NCBI GenBank assembly: GCA_038250675.1
Contig: JBBSCB010000002.1
Span: 2,658-66,657 of the forward strand
Length of the DNA stretch: 64,000 nt
Direction of reading: 5' to 3'
Origin: Gemmatimonadales bacterium
GTDB taxonomy: Bacteria > Gemmatimonadota > Gemmatimonadetes > Gemmatimonadales > GWC2-71-9
A model generated the notes under the pieces. That model did no database searches, was not told the DNA's origin, and saw only the letters and a program-made list of their open reading frames with translations. Positions 1-11,187 of the stretch are shown piece after piece (the first letter of the stretch is position 1; each line of letters begins with the position of its first letter). Made by a program: the position numbers and the translations under genes.

Positions 1-669
1 GCCGAGCGGGTCCACCGTCAGGACGCCCGAGCGGATGTTCCGCAGAATGTCGTCCGCCTCGAGGCGGACGCGCTGGAGCTCGGTCTCCAGCGTGGCCTGC
101 TCCATCCCCGCCTCGCGCAGGCGGTGGCCCAGCAGCGCCACTACGGCGAACACAATGTTGAAGAGCAGCAGCTGCGCCCAGAACGCCAGGTCCACGCTGC
201 CCGGGATGTAGTGCGTAGCGCCGATGGCGTAGGCGATTGACGCCGCCACCACGGTCAGCGCGCCGGCCCTGAGCGGCATCAGCACGGCGTACGCCGCGAT
301 AACGAGCACGTAGATGGCCGGCGCGAGACTGGTGCTCGGTCCCACCAGATAGACCAGGAGCGTGGCGAGGCCGAGGTCGGTCACGGCCTGGACGCCAAGG
401 AACAGCGCGCCAACATCGCGTCGACGCACGAACACCGCCCAGGCGCCGTACGTCGTCACCGTAAAGGCGACGAGGACCGCGATGGCGACGAGAAATGCGG
501 CATCGGGCCGGACGGTCGACACGAGCGCGGCGCCCACCAGCATGCCGAGGGCGAGCAGCAACCGGCCCGCGAAGAGCCAGGAAAGCAGCGTGGGCTGGTT
601 GGGCAACGACTTGGCGTGCCGGCGGGCGGCGGGTGCGGTGCCGGGCCGTCCGGAGGTCGCGTCGTGCAT
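1..669 (-). CDS. Sensor histidine kinase, N-terminal part (gene continues past position 1)
   Basis: Not in the ORF track. Manual minus-strand translation from ATG (669..667) gives MHDATSGRPG...LLSWLFAGRLLLALGMLVGAALV... with about 6 hydrophobic helices. This is followed by a coiled coil and LEADDILRNIRSGVLTVDPLG (start of a PAS-like domain). The frame is open to the window edge. Confidence 0.45.
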   Translation of the reverse strand, partial: MHDATSGRPGTAPAARRHAKSLPNQPTLLSWLFAGRLLLALGMLVGAALVSTVRPDAAFLVAIAVLVAFTVTTYGAWAVFVRRRDVGALFLGVQAVTDLGLATLLVYLVGPSTSLAPAIYVLVIAAYAVLMPLRAGALTVVAASIAYAIGATHYIPGSVDLAFWAQLLLFNIVFAVVALLGHRLREAGMEQATLETELQRVRLEADDILRNIRSGVLTVDPLG

Positions 670-731
670 CACACCTCGGAGAGCGGCGACGGATTTCGCA
701 GAGCGAGCCGCAAATATAGCATATTCCGCCC

Positions 732-1109
732 ATGCCATGGTTCGTGTACATCGCCCGCTGCGCGGACGGGAGTCTCTATACCGGCGTCACCACCGATGTG
801 GTGCGTCGGCTGCGCCAGCACAACGCCGCGCGCGGCGCCGCGTACGTGCGCACCCGGCGGCCCGCGACGCTGGCCCACAGCGAACCGGCACCAGATCGCG
901 GTGCCGCGTTGCGGCGCGAGCATGCCATTAAGGCAATGACGCGCGACGCGAAGCTGCAATTGATCAGTGCGTCGATGTCGCCGGCGGCACGGATTGATGC
1001 AGACCGGCCGGGCGCCGCAAAGGCGCCCGGCCGGCACGAACGGAATGTGACGGGCCTCAGTGGCCGACGTGCTTCTGTGCCACCTGTGCCGCGGCGAGGT
1101 GCGCCCTGA
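732..1109 (+). CDS. GIY-YIG nuclease superfamily small protein (UPF0213/YhbQ-like)
   Basis: The N-terminus MPWFVYIARCADGSLYTGVTTDVVRRLRQHN fits the GIY..YxG..R..N core of small GIY-YIG proteins. The 3' tail overlaps the convergent gene by about 50 nt. Confidence 0.8.
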   Translation: MPWFVYIARCADGSLYTGVTTDVVRRLRQHNAARGAAYVRTRRPATLAHSEPAPDRGAALRREHAIKAMTRDAKLQLISASMSPAARIDADRPGAAKAPGRHERNVTGLSGRRASVPPVPRRGAP

Positions 1110-1659
1110 GCACCGGAATCGTGTTCTGCAGCAGCGCCTTTACGCCGGTGCCGGCGGCGGCCGGAAGCAGCGTGTTCTGCAACTTGTCGATCGTCGCCGT
1201 ATGGTCGTCGATCTCCTGCTGGACCCAGGCGCTGTCGGCGGCGGCACCGCTCAGGCCCTGGAGCCCGGCCGGTGCGGCAGTGGCGGTGTCGACCGCCGGC
1301 AGCGTCACATTGAGCGTGGCGGCGGCATCGGTAACCTGCCGGAGATTGGCGACGTGGTCGGTGGCAAGCCGCGTCGCGAGGGTCCGCACGGACGCGTTTG
1401 AGGTCTGGACGCGCATGTAGCGCGCGCCGCCGATCTCGGCCGCATCGGCGCGCGCCACCTGAGAGAGGATGCCCGCATCATCCAGCGCTATCGTCGTGTC
1501 GGCGGCGGGGGCCGCCATCGGCGCTGTGGTATCGGGAGTTGCCATTGCCGACGTGTCGCCGACGGCGTTGGCCGGGCGTTCGCCGCCCGAACAGGCAGCG
1601 GCAAATGCGGCAAGGGTGAGGAGTGCCCACTTCTTGACCGGTCTCCTGCTGAAGGTCAG
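1057..1659 (-). CDS. DUF4142-family lipoprotein
   Basis: C-terminal ~190 aa of ORF 1057..2061. It has a lipobox signal (KKWALLTLAAFAAAC), then ARADAAEIGGARYM...LATDHVANLRQV...EIDDHTATIDKLQ, typical of DUF4142. No in-frame ATG/GTG/TTG lies near the signal peptide. A CTG at 1659..1657 overlaps the upstream stop (CTGA), so the start is uncertain. Confidence 0.65.
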   Translation of the reverse strand: MTFSRRPVKKWALLTLAAFAAACSGGERPANAVGDTSAMATPDTTAPMAAPAADTTIALDDAGILSQVARADAAEIGGARYMRVQTSNASVRTLATRLATDHVANLRQVTDAAATLNVTLPAVDTATAAPAGLQGLSGAAADSAWVQQEIDDHTATIDKLQNTLLPAAAGTGVKALLQNTIPVLRAHLAAAQVAQKHVGH

Positions 1660-1970
1660 CGCGAGGCGCGGCCTTCGGGCGGGGCACCTGCCTCGGTGAC
1701 CGTGCCGCGCCGTTCCGGCGGGCGCCCGCTGTTGCCGTCGGCCGCCGGGTGATGGATCGTCTCCGAGGTGTCCTGCTGAATCCGGCCCGAGACGGCCGTG
1801 GGATCGGAGCCGCCGGTGACGCCCTCCGACCCGGGCGCCGTCTCGACCGTGGCGCCGCGGTTGGCCGAGCTGTCCGCGTAATCGTCGGGCGAGCAGCCGG
1901 CGAGCATGAGCGTGACGCCCATCGCGATCGCGGGCACAAGGAACGGGTACCGGCCATGGCGCTTCCGCAT
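1656..1970 (-). CDS. Small hypothetical lipoprotein
   Basis: Internal ATG (1970..1968) of ORF 1656..2162 gives MRKRHGRYPFLVPAIAMGVTLMLAGCSPDD (lipobox LAGC), followed by a low-complexity Gly/Thr/Ser/Pro tail. No recognisable domain. Confidence 0.4.
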   Translation of the reverse strand: MRKRHGRYPFLVPAIAMGVTLMLAGCSPDDYADSSANRGATVETAPGSEGVTGGSDPTAVSGRIQQDTSETIHHPAADGNSGRPPERRGTVTEAGAPPEGRASR

Positions 1971-2085
1971 CGGCTTCCTCGGGTCGAGATGAATGAGTTC
2001 CGGCCGGCCCGGCCGGATCGCCACGGCGTCGTTCAAGATGCGCCCACCGCGCGCACGACAATGTGACAGATGACCACCGGATTTT

Positions 2086-5000
2086 CTAGCGGTCGAGCAG
2101 CTGACGGATCCGGGCCGTGAGGCTCTGGGGTGAAAACGGCTTCTCGAGCAGGGCGACGTCACGCTCGTCGCCGCCCCGTCGCAGCGCCTCGCTCCCGGTG
2201 TAGCCCGACATGAACAGGATCGGGATGCCCGGACGGCGCTGGCGCAGCTGACCCGCCAGCGACTTGCCGTCCATGCCGGGCATGACCACGTCGCTCAGCA
2301 CGGCGTCGACCTCCAGGCCGCCGTCTACCAGCGCCAGCGCTGCGGCGCCGCCGCTCGCCTCGGTGACGGCATAGCCGGCCTGGCGGAGAATGCGTGCGGC
2401 CAGCGCCCGGACGGCGGCCTCGTCCTCCACCACGAGAATCCGCTCGGTCCCTCCCACTGGCGGGGCGCCCGGCTCGGGATCGGGCTCGACCGGTTCGGCC
2501 ACCTCAGGCAGCCACACGGTGAACGACGTCCCCTGCCGCGCCTGGCTCTCCACCCAAAGATAGCCGCCGGTCTGCGACACGATGGCGTACACCACCGAGA
2601 GGCCCAGTCCGGAATTCTGCGCACCCGGCTTGGTGGTGAAGAACGGCTCGAAGATGCGGGCCCGCGTGTCGGTGTCCATCCCCTGCCCCGTGTCCCGGAC
2701 GATGAGCCGGACATACCGGCCGGCCGGCATCTCGAGCCCGAAGAGCCGGTAGGCGGCGCCCGGCGCCAGCGAGACGCTCCGGGTCTCGATGGCGAGCGTG
2801 CCGCCCCCGGGCATCGCATCGCGCGCGTTGAGCGCGAGATTCATGATGACCTGCTCGAGCTGGCCGCGATCGGCCCGCACCGCACCGAGCGCCGGCAGGG
2901 ACGTCTCGAGGGCGATGCGCTCTCCCACCAGGGGGCGGAGCATCTTTTCCATGTCGCGCACGACGACGTTGAGGTCCACGAGACGGGGCCGCACCAGCTG
3001 CGCGCTGCCGAACGACAGGAGTTGCCGGGTGAGCCCCGAGGCCCGCTCGGCGGCCTTCCGGATCTCCTCGGCGTCGCGCCGGCGCGGGTCGTCGGCGTCG
3101 ATCGCCTGGTAGAGAAAATCCGCGAAGCCGATGATGATCATCAGCATGTTGTTGAAGTCATGCGCCACGCCGCCGGCCAGCCGCCCCACCGCCTCCATCT
3201 TGTGCGCCTGCCGGACCTGCTCCTCAGCGCGTCGGCGCTCGGTCAGGTCCTGCACGTTGGCCGCATAATAAAGAAGGGTGCCGTCCGCATCGCGAATGGC
3301 CGCGAGGTCGACGACCGCGGGGATCTCCTGTCCGTCGTGCCGCCGGTGGGTCACTTCGAAGGTCGCGCGCCCCTCGCGCCGGGCGACGTCGAGCCGCCAG
3401 GCCTCCTCCGGATCGGCCCCTTCCCCAAGGAGCCGCGTGACCGGCCGGCCCACCAGCGCCTCCGGCTCGTAGCCGTGGATCCGGGCGAACGCCGGGTTGA
3501 GGGCCTCGAGCGTCTGGCCGTCAGCGCCGAGGATCACCACCCCCCACCCGGCGTGCTCGAAGATGTGCGCCCACTTGCGGAGACCGGCCTCGGCCCGGGC
3601 GCGCTGCTCCAGCTCCGACTGCGCGGCGCGGTAGAGCCGCGCATTGAGCACGGCGAGCGCGGCGCGCGCCGCCAGATCGCGCGTCACCGCCAGGTCTGCC
3701 TCCTCGTAGTGGCGGCCCGATTCCGCGAAGCAGAAGGTGAGCGCACCCAGCGTCTGGCCGCGCGCGATCAGCGGTACGCTGATGAGCGATCGCGGCGCAA
3801 GGTCCCGCAGATAGGTTCGATGCGCGTCGTCGCGCCCGATCCCGGTCAGCTCCTGCGCCGTCATCTCGGGGATGAACGTCGGCTCGCCGCTCACCAGTGC
3901 ACGCGAGATCGGATGATTGGTCCAGCGAGGATCCGGCGCGTGTCGAAGCGACTCCGCGCGGAGCCGTTCCCCCTTGGCGGGATCGCGATGGGCAAACTCC
4001 ACCCGCTGCACCTGCCCGCCCTCCTCCAGCAGATCCACCAGGCAGTAATCGGCCAGCGCGGGCACGGCCATGCGGCCGACGGCGGCGAGCGTCGAGGCGT
4101 ACTCGAGCGAGGAGCTGAGCGCCGCGCTCGCGTCGGCCAGCGCCCGCTGCGCGCGCTCCTGCTGGCGGCGGGAAGTGACATCGAGATAGGCGCCGACCGC
4201 ACCGCGGATGTGGCGCGGCCGGTCGAGGATCGGGGCGACGTAGCACAGGATCGCCAGGATCCGGCCGTCCGCCCGCTGGATCTCGACCTCCTCGCCGTCG
4301 ATCAGCTCGCCGCGCTCGGCCCGCGACATGGGCAGCTCATCGGCCTCGAGCGGTCGGCCATCGCGATAGAAGCGATAGGGGACCCGCTCCGCGGCGTCTG
4401 CGTCAGCCGACGGTACCGTCCCTGGCGGAATCCCGAGGATGCGAGCGAGCGCCGGATTGATCCGGAGCGCTCGTGCGTCGGGATCGAGGCTGATGCCGAT
4501 GCCCACCGGCATCACGTCGAGCAGGGTCTGCAGCTCGGTGACCCGGCGCGCGAGGTCGACATTGAGGCGGCGGATCTCGACTTCGGCGCTCTTCCGCTCC
4601 GTCACGTCCCGCGAGTACGAAACGACACCGTCGGCGGTGGGACTGATGCGAACGCTGAACCAGCGTTCGAACGGTCCGGGCTGGACCTCGATCTCGACCG
4701 GCCGCTGAAGGGCCACCGCGCGCTCGGCCGCGGCCTGAAGATCGGTGCCGGCCAGCGCCGGTATCGCCTCCCAGAGCACGCGTCCCACGAGGGCATGCCG
4801 GGTGAGGCCGAGCGGGGCGAGGTACGGCTCGGCCCGGGCGTTGACGAGGGTCACGCGCCATGCGTGATCGCAAGCGATGAACACTTCGCGGATCGAGTCG
4901 AGCATCGTCGACGCGTCGACCGTCGGACCGGGCGCCGCACTCGCGACGGCGGTGAGCCCTCCGGATGCCGCGTAGAGCCGGATGTCCACCGGTGACGCGA

Positions 5001-5259
5001 CGGCGTCGGCGAGTCGGACCCACTGTACGCCCGCCCCGGCACGGAGCGCCGCCGACACGGCGGCCGCCAGCGACGCCGCGGTTGAACCGGCCGGCGACGA
5101 CGTCAGCAGCAGGCCGGCATCGGCCGATCCGTACATCCGCGTGAGGAGCCCGCCGGCCGCCGCGTTGGCAAACGTCAGGCGGCCGTCGGCATCCGCGACA
5201 AAGACCGGATCGGTGATCCGCTCGAGCGCGGCCTCACCGCCGGGAGACGCGTCCGCCAT
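2086..5259 (-). CDS. Hybrid sensor histidine kinase/response regulator (multiple PAS, GAF, HisKA, HATPase_c, REC)
   Basis: H-box AHKMEAVGRLAGGVAHDFNN; N/G boxes NLALNARDAMPGGG, DTGQGMD, GLGLSVV; receiver RILVVEDE...DAVLSDVVMPGMDG...KPF. The start is taken at MADASPGG (ATG 5259), 4 nt after the upstream gene's stop. The longer track ORF (to 5526) overlaps that gene. Confidence 0.9.
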   Translation of the reverse strand: MADASPGGEAALERITDPVFVADADGRLTFANAAAGGLLTRMYGSADAGLLLTSSPAGSTAASLAAAVSAALRAGAGVQWVRLADAVASPVDIRLYAASGGLTAVASAAPGPTVDASTMLDSIREVFIACDHAWRVTLVNARAEPYLAPLGLTRHALVGRVLWEAIPALAGTDLQAAAERAVALQRPVEIEVQPGPFERWFSVRISPTADGVVSYSRDVTERKSAEVEIRRLNVDLARRVTELQTLLDVMPVGIGISLDPDARALRINPALARILGIPPGTVPSADADAAERVPYRFYRDGRPLEADELPMSRAERGELIDGEEVEIQRADGRILAILCYVAPILDRPRHIRGAVGAYLDVTSRRQQERAQRALADASAALSSSLEYASTLAAVGRMAVPALADYCLVDLLEEGGQVQRVEFAHRDPAKGERLRAESLRHAPDPRWTNHPISRALVSGEPTFIPEMTAQELTGIGRDDAHRTYLRDLAPRSLISVPLIARGQTLGALTFCFAESGRHYEEADLAVTRDLAARAALAVLNARLYRAAQSELEQRARAEAGLRKWAHIFEHAGWGVVILGADGQTLEALNPAFARIHGYEPEALVGRPVTRLLGEGADPEEAWRLDVARREGRATFEVTHRRHDGQEIPAVVDLAAIRDADGTLLYYAANVQDLTERRRAEEQVRQAHKMEAVGRLAGGVAHDFNNMLMIIIGFADFLYQAIDADDPRRRDAEEIRKAAERASGLTRQLLSFGSAQLVRPRLVDLNVVVRDMEKMLRPLVGERIALETSLPALGAVRADRGQLEQVIMNLALNARDAMPGGGTLAIETRSVSLAPGAAYRLFGLEMPAGRYVRLIVRDTGQGMDTDTRARIFEPFFTTKPGAQNSGLGLSVVYAIVSQTGGYLWVESQARQGTSFTVWLPEVAEPVEPDPEPGAPPVGGTERILVVEDEAAVRALAARILRQAGYAVTEASGGAAALALVDGGLEVDAVLSDVVMPGMDGKSLAGQLRQRRPGIPILFMSGYTGSEALRRGGDERDVALLEKPFSPQSLTARIRQLLDR

Positions 5260-5263
5260 CGCG

Positions 5264-7543
5264 TCAGCGGCTTCCCGTACGGGCGCCGGCGGGCGCGGCA
5301 AAACCGTACAGCGCACGATAGATCTGCCGGTTGCGCTGGATGATGCGGACGTAGTCCCGGGTCTCGCGATAAGGAATTCGTTCGGCGAACAGCTCTTCGT
5401 CGTCCATGCCGACCTTGGTTCCCCAGCGCTCGACCCGCGTGGTCCCCGCGTTGTAGGCCGCGAGCACCTGCACCGTGGCAGGATAGCGGCGGACCAGCTC
5501 GGCCAGGTGGCGGGTGCCGAGCTCAAGGTTCACGTCGGGCTGATAGAGCAGCACCGGATCCCAGAGCGGAAAGCCTGCGGCCCGGGCCAGCGCGTGGCCC
5601 ACCGCCGGCATGAGTTGCATCAGCCCGCGCGCGCCCGCCGGCGACGTCGCGCCCGGCGTGAAGATCGACTCCTGCCGGATGAGCGCGGCGACGAAGGCCG
5701 GGTCGAGCCCCTCGTCGCGTGAGTACGCGTCCAGCGCCTCCGGCGCCGCCAGCGGAAATAGCAGGCGGAAGGTCCTCGCATCACGCGCGGCCCCGCGGCC
5801 GACGGCGCGCCATGCCGTCTGCACCGCGCAGGAGGCGAGTCCGTGAGCGCGAAATGCGGCGGCGGTGGCGAGCAGCCGGTCGACCGAGCTGTCGGCGGCG
5901 CGCGACAGGGCGTCCTGCTCCCAGCGCGCCTCGCGCGCCATGCCGAGACTGTCGAGCAGCTCGGAGCGGGCGAGCGCACTGTCCACGTCGGGCACCGCGA
6001 CGAATGAATCCGCGGCCGCGGACGGCACCCACGGCGCGCGGCCAAGGCGTTCCTCCGACGCGGCGGCATAGTACGACAGCGGATCGCGCGTCGCGACGTC
6101 CTGCCACCGGATCCGGGCGCCGGCCGAGTCGCCGGTCGCCGCGAGCGCGCGTCCGGCCCAGTACCGTGCCGCCAGCACTTCCCCGCTCTCGGGATAGCGC
6201 CGGACCAGACTGTCGAGTTCGCGCCCGGCGGTCCGGGTGTCTCCGGCGGCGAACGCGATGATCGCGGCGCGAAAGAACGCACCCGGCGCCAGGCGGCTGC
6301 CGGGATACTGCCGTACCAGCGACAGCAACGCGCCGCGGGCAGGCGCATCCCGCCGTTCATCGGTGGCGAGATCGGCGAGGAGCAGCAGCGCCGTCGCGGA
6401 TGCTTCGGTGACGTCGGGATAGCGGCGCAGCACTTCCCGCAGCGCGGAGCGTCCCTCGCCGCCCTCGCCGGCACGCACGAGCGCCCGGGCCCGGGCGTAG
6501 GCCGCGTTGGCGGCCAGGCTGCGCGGTGCCCGCACGAGATTGTACTGGAAGGCCGCGTCCGCGTACCGCCGGAGCCCGAAGAGTGCCGTCGCGTACGCAT
6601 AGCGATCGTCCGCGGTGCCCGCCCCGGCCTTGAGCGCACGACCGAGTGCCGCGGCGGCGGCCGCGGCCGCGCCGGCATCGGCCAGCGCCCGTCCCACCAG
6701 CAGCTCATCCCCCGGCGCGAGCGGGCGGAAGGCATCGAGCGCGACCGCGGCCGCGTGGCCCTGGGACGAGGTCCGCGCCTCGGTCACCGCCGCCAGGAGC
6801 TCGGCACGGAGCGCCGCGCGCGCGGCGGGGGCGGTGTCGGCGGCGAGCCGAAGCCGATAGGCGTCGGTCCAGCCGCTCAGCGCGGCATACCGCGCGGCGG
6901 CACCCCTCAGGTCGCCCGCGCGCTCCCGCGCCTCGGCCTCGGCCAGCGGCAGCCGGTTGCGCACGACGCCGGACGCAATGGCCGCCGCGAGCTGCCCGCG
7001 GGCAGCGCTGTCGTCGGTGAGAGCCACGGCGCGGAAGGTGAGCCAGTCGGCCACGCGCGGCAGTGCGGCGGCGGCCGCCCGATACGCCATCGACGCGCTG
7101 TCGCGTCGGTCGAGCCGGTCGAGCGCCCGCGCCGCCAGCACCTGCCGCATGGCACGGGTCCGATCGTTGCGCGCCGCATCGACAGCGAGCCGGGCGTGGC
7201 GCAGTGCCACCGAATCGGCCTGACGATCGAGCGCAGCGCGGGCCAGCAGCTCGCGGCCCCGGCCGCCCTGCAGTGAATCCACCCAGCCCGCGCCGGCCAG
7301 GAGTCGTTCAACTTCGGTCCACCCGCCCCACGCCCCGGCGGCTTGCGCGGCGAGGAGGAGCACGGCGGGGGTCCGGCTGCCGGAATCGCGGAGCACCGGC
7401 GCAAGCATGCGGCTGGCGCGCCAGGGCTGGCCATGCGCCAGCGCGGCGGCCGCAGCGGCCACGAGCGAGTCCGGCGGAGGGCGTCGGGGCAGGGCCTGCG
7501 CGGAACCGAGGATGGCGAGCGAGACGGCGAGCAGACTCATCAC
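5264..7543 (-). CDS. Soluble lytic murein transglycosylase (Slt70-like: helical-repeat N-domain + SLT domain)
   Basis: C-terminal SLT motifs ALIRQESIFTPGATSPAGARGLMQLMP...AAYNAG. Long Ala/Leu/Arg-rich superhelical N-domain. Signal peptide MMSLLAVSLAILGSA|QA. Confidence 0.85.
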   Translation of the reverse strand: MMSLLAVSLAILGSAQALPRRPPPDSLVAAAAAALAHGQPWRASRMLAPVLRDSGSRTPAVLLLAAQAAGAWGGWTEVERLLAGAGWVDSLQGGRGRELLARAALDRQADSVALRHARLAVDAARNDRTRAMRQVLAARALDRLDRRDSASMAYRAAAAALPRVADWLTFRAVALTDDSAARGQLAAAIASGVVRNRLPLAEAEARERAGDLRGAAARYAALSGWTDAYRLRLAADTAPAARAALRAELLAAVTEARTSSQGHAAAVALDAFRPLAPGDELLVGRALADAGAAAAAAAALGRALKAGAGTADDRYAYATALFGLRRYADAAFQYNLVRAPRSLAANAAYARARALVRAGEGGEGRSALREVLRRYPDVTEASATALLLLADLATDERRDAPARGALLSLVRQYPGSRLAPGAFFRAAIIAFAAGDTRTAGRELDSLVRRYPESGEVLAARYWAGRALAATGDSAGARIRWQDVATRDPLSYYAAASEERLGRAPWVPSAAADSFVAVPDVDSALARSELLDSLGMAREARWEQDALSRAADSSVDRLLATAAAFRAHGLASCAVQTAWRAVGRGAARDARTFRLLFPLAAPEALDAYSRDEGLDPAFVAALIRQESIFTPGATSPAGARGLMQLMPAVGHALARAAGFPLWDPVLLYQPDVNLELGTRHLAELVRRYPATVQVLAAYNAGTTRVERWGTKVGMDDEELFAERIPYRETRDYVRIIQRNRQIYRALYGFAAPAGARTGSR

Positions 7544-7569
7544 GAGCGGCAGTTCGTGTAATTTGAGGA

Positions 7570-7989
7570 ATGGGACGACGAGACGCCGACCGTGCGGAAG
7601 ACGAAAACGGGGCCCAGGTCCGCCTCGACAAGTGGCTGTGGGCCGCGCGCTTCTTCAAGACGCGCGCGGTCGCGGCCGAGGCGGTCGCGGGCGGCAAGGT
7701 CGAGCTGAACGGCGATCGGGCCAAGCGAGCCCATCCGGTCCGCCCCGGCGACCAGCTCCGCATCCGCCTCGGGCCCTACGAGCATCACGTGGTGGTCCGG
7801 GCGCTCTCGGCGCGACGCGGCCCGGCGGCGGAAGCGGCCGGCCTCTACGCGGAAACCGCCGCCAGCCGGGCGGCGCGCGAACGACTGGCGCTGCAGCTCA
7901 GGAACGCTGCCCCGCTCTTTCACCATGACCGCGGACGCCCCTCCACGAAGGACCGTCGCGACATCGACCGGCTCAAGGGCCGCTCGTGA
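7570..7989 (+). CDS. hslR: Ribosome-associated heat shock protein Hsp15 (S4 RNA-binding domain)
   Basis: VRLDKWLWAARFFKTRAVAAEAVAGGKVELNG is near-identical in pattern to E. coli HslR (VRLDKWLWAARFYKTRA...GGKV..NG). The basic C-terminal tail is also as in HslR. Confidence 0.85.
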   Translation: MGRRDADRAEDENGAQVRLDKWLWAARFFKTRAVAAEAVAGGKVELNGDRAKRAHPVRPGDQLRIRLGPYEHHVVVRALSARRGPAAEAAGLYAETAASRAARERLALQLRNAAPLFHHDRGRPSTKDRRDIDRLKGRS

Positions 7990-8001
7990 CGCGATGCCAG
8001 C

Positions 8002-9258
<1,257 letters not shown>

Positions 9259-9378
9259 GGTGTCGGGATGGACGTGGGAAAGGCGGCCGGAATCCATTCC
9301 GGCGCGGGCACTGTCGAATTCTAGCGACTTGCCCGAGGGGGGCAACCGCGGCGCGAACACTCCGCGGCGACGCGCGGG

Positions 9379-11187
9379 CTATGCCGGCCGACCCGAGGCC
9401 GCGAGCGCGCGATCGATCTCGAATGCGGCGCTGATCAGTGCGAGGTGGGTGAAGGCCTGCGGAAAATTCCCCAGGAACTCGCCACGCGGCCCCAGCTCCT
9501 CGGCGTACAACGCCACATGATTCGCATACCCCAGCATTTTCTCGAACTGGAACCGCGCCTTGTCGGGATCGCCGCCCCGCGCCAGCACCTCGGCATACCA
9601 GAACGAGCACATGCAGAAGGTGCCGTCCTGCCCCCTGAGCCCGTCCGGCGCGGCCTCGGCCACCCGATAGCGATAGACCAGCGAATCGGAGACGAGGTCC
9701 GACTCGATGGCCTTGAGCGTGGAGCGCCAGCGCGGGTCGGTGGGGCTGATGAACAGCATCAGCGGCATCAGCAGCGTGGACGCATCGGTGGTGGTCGCGC
9801 CCAGGTGCTGCACGAAGGTCTGGCGCCCGGGATCCCAGAAGCGGTCGAAGATGTCGCGATAGATCCGGTCGCGCTCGGCGAGCCAGCGGTCCAGTGGCGC
9901 CGGAAACGATCGCTTGTTGGCCAGCCGGATCCCGCGGTCGAGCGCCACCCAGCACATCACCCGGGAGAGCAGGAAGTGCTGCGCCCCGCCCCGCACCTCC
10001 CAGATCCCCATGTCGGGCCGATCCCAGTTGGCGCAGACCCAGTCCAGCAGCCGGACGAGATCCAGCCAGAAATCGTAGCCGATGGGCTGGCCGTACTTGT
10101 TGTACAGATAGACCGCGTCCATCAGCTCGCCGCAGATGTCGAGCTGCAGCTGGGTGTGCGCCGCGTTGCCGATTCGGACGGGCGAGCTGCCGCGATAGCC
10201 TCCCAAGTGCCCCAGGACGTGCTCCGGCAGCGCATGACGTCCGTCGATCCCGTACATGACCTGCAGGAAGCCATCCGGCTCCAGCTCGGCGCAGCGGTCC
10301 TGGATCCACTGCATGAATGCGCCGGCCTCCTCGGTATAGCCCAGGCGGATCAGTCCATAGATCGTGAACGACCCATCGCGGACCCAGGTATACCGATAGT
10401 CCCAGTTCCGTGCGCCGCCGATGACCTCGGGCAGCCCGAACGTCGGCGCCGCCACGATGGAACCGAACGGCTGCGACGTGAGCATCTTGAGCGTGAGCGC
10501 GGACCGGTTGACCACCTCGCGCCAGCGGCCGGCATAGGTCGACCGGCCCACCCAGGATCGCCAGAAGTTGGCCGTCTCCTTGAACGATTCCGCGACGTAG
10601 CGCTCATCGGCCGACGGGGATCGCTCCCGCCGATCGGCCTCCTCCAAAATGAAGGACGCCGTTTCCTCGGCGCCGAGCGTAAACTCGGCCGTGGCGACAC
10701 CGTTCTCGATGGTCACCGGTACGGTGCTGCGGAGCCGGATGGCCGGGAGGTTGGCGTCATCCGGCACGAACACCGTCTCGCCGTCGGACGATTCGACCCG
10801 GTGGCCGGACCGTCCGTAGTCAAACGCCGGCGCACAGATCATCCGGTACCGCACCTCGCCGCGGACCGTCTTGGCGCGGCGCACAATATCGTGCCGGCCG
10901 CCGATCACCGGCATGAAATCGGAGATCTCCGCGACGCCCGCGTCGGAGAGAAAGCGGGTGAGCAGAATCGTCGTGTCCGGCAGGTAGAGCTGCCGGCAGC
11001 GCGCCTCATCGAGCATCGGCGCCAGCTTGAAGTAGCCGCCTTTTGCCGCGTCGAGCAGCGCGGCAAAGATGGTGGGCGAATCGAAGCGGGGAAAGGCCAG
11101 GAAATCGATCGACCCGTCCATACCGACCAGTGCGACGGTATGCAGATCGCCGATGATGCCGTGATTCTCGATCGATTCGAACGTCAT
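9379..11187 (-). CDS. Glycoside hydrolase family 15 (glucoamylase/trehalase-type)
   Basis: N-terminus ENHGIIGDLHTVALVGMDGSIDFLAFPRFDSPTIFAALLD and (alpha/alpha)6 catalytic region (NWDYRYTWVRDGSF, GIWEVRGG). The ATG overlaps the pgl stop (ATGA). Confidence 0.8.
   Translation of the reverse strand: MTFESIENHGIIGDLHTVALVGMDGSIDFLAFPRFDSPTIFAALLDAAKGGYFKLAPMLDEARCRQLYLPDTTILLTRFLSDAGVAEISDFMPVIGGRHDIVRRAKTVRGEVRYRMICAPAFDYGRSGHRVESSDGETVFVPDDANLPAIRLRSTVPVTIENGVATAEFTLGAEETASFILEEADRRERSPSADERYVAESFKETANFWRSWVGRSTYAGRWREVVNRSALTLKMLTSQPFGSIVAAPTFGLPEVIGGARNWDYRYTWVRDGSFTIYGLIRLGYTEEAGAFMQWIQDRCAELEPDGFLQVMYGIDGRHALPEHVLGHLGGYRGSSPVRIGNAAHTQLQLDICGELMDAVYLYNKYGQPIGYDFWLDLVRLLDWVCANWDRPDMGIWEVRGGAQHFLLSRVMCWVALDRGIRLANKRSFPAPLDRWLAERDRIYRDIFDRFWDPGRQTFVQHLGATTTDASTLLMPLMLFISPTDPRWRSTLKAIESDLVSDSLVYRYRVAEAAPDGLRGQDGTFCMCSFWYAEVLARGGDPDKARFQFEKMLGYANHVALYAEELGPRGEFLGNFPQAFTHLALISAAFEIDRALAASGRPA

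Noticed and set aside
362-1037. Several overlapping ORFs (362-931+, 495-719+, 616-939+, 669-1037-) at the left edge
   Set aside because: They overlap the better-supported membrane sensor kinase (minus strand, 1-669) and the GIY-YIG gene. Their translations are Arg/Ala/Pro-rich with no features.
3022-4995. 657-aa plus-strand ORF antisense to the hybrid histidine kinase
   Set aside because: Arg/Gly/Pro/Asp-rich low-complexity translation with no motifs. The opposite strand carries an unambiguous PAS/GAF/HisKA gene. This is a typical shadow ORF of high-GC DNA.
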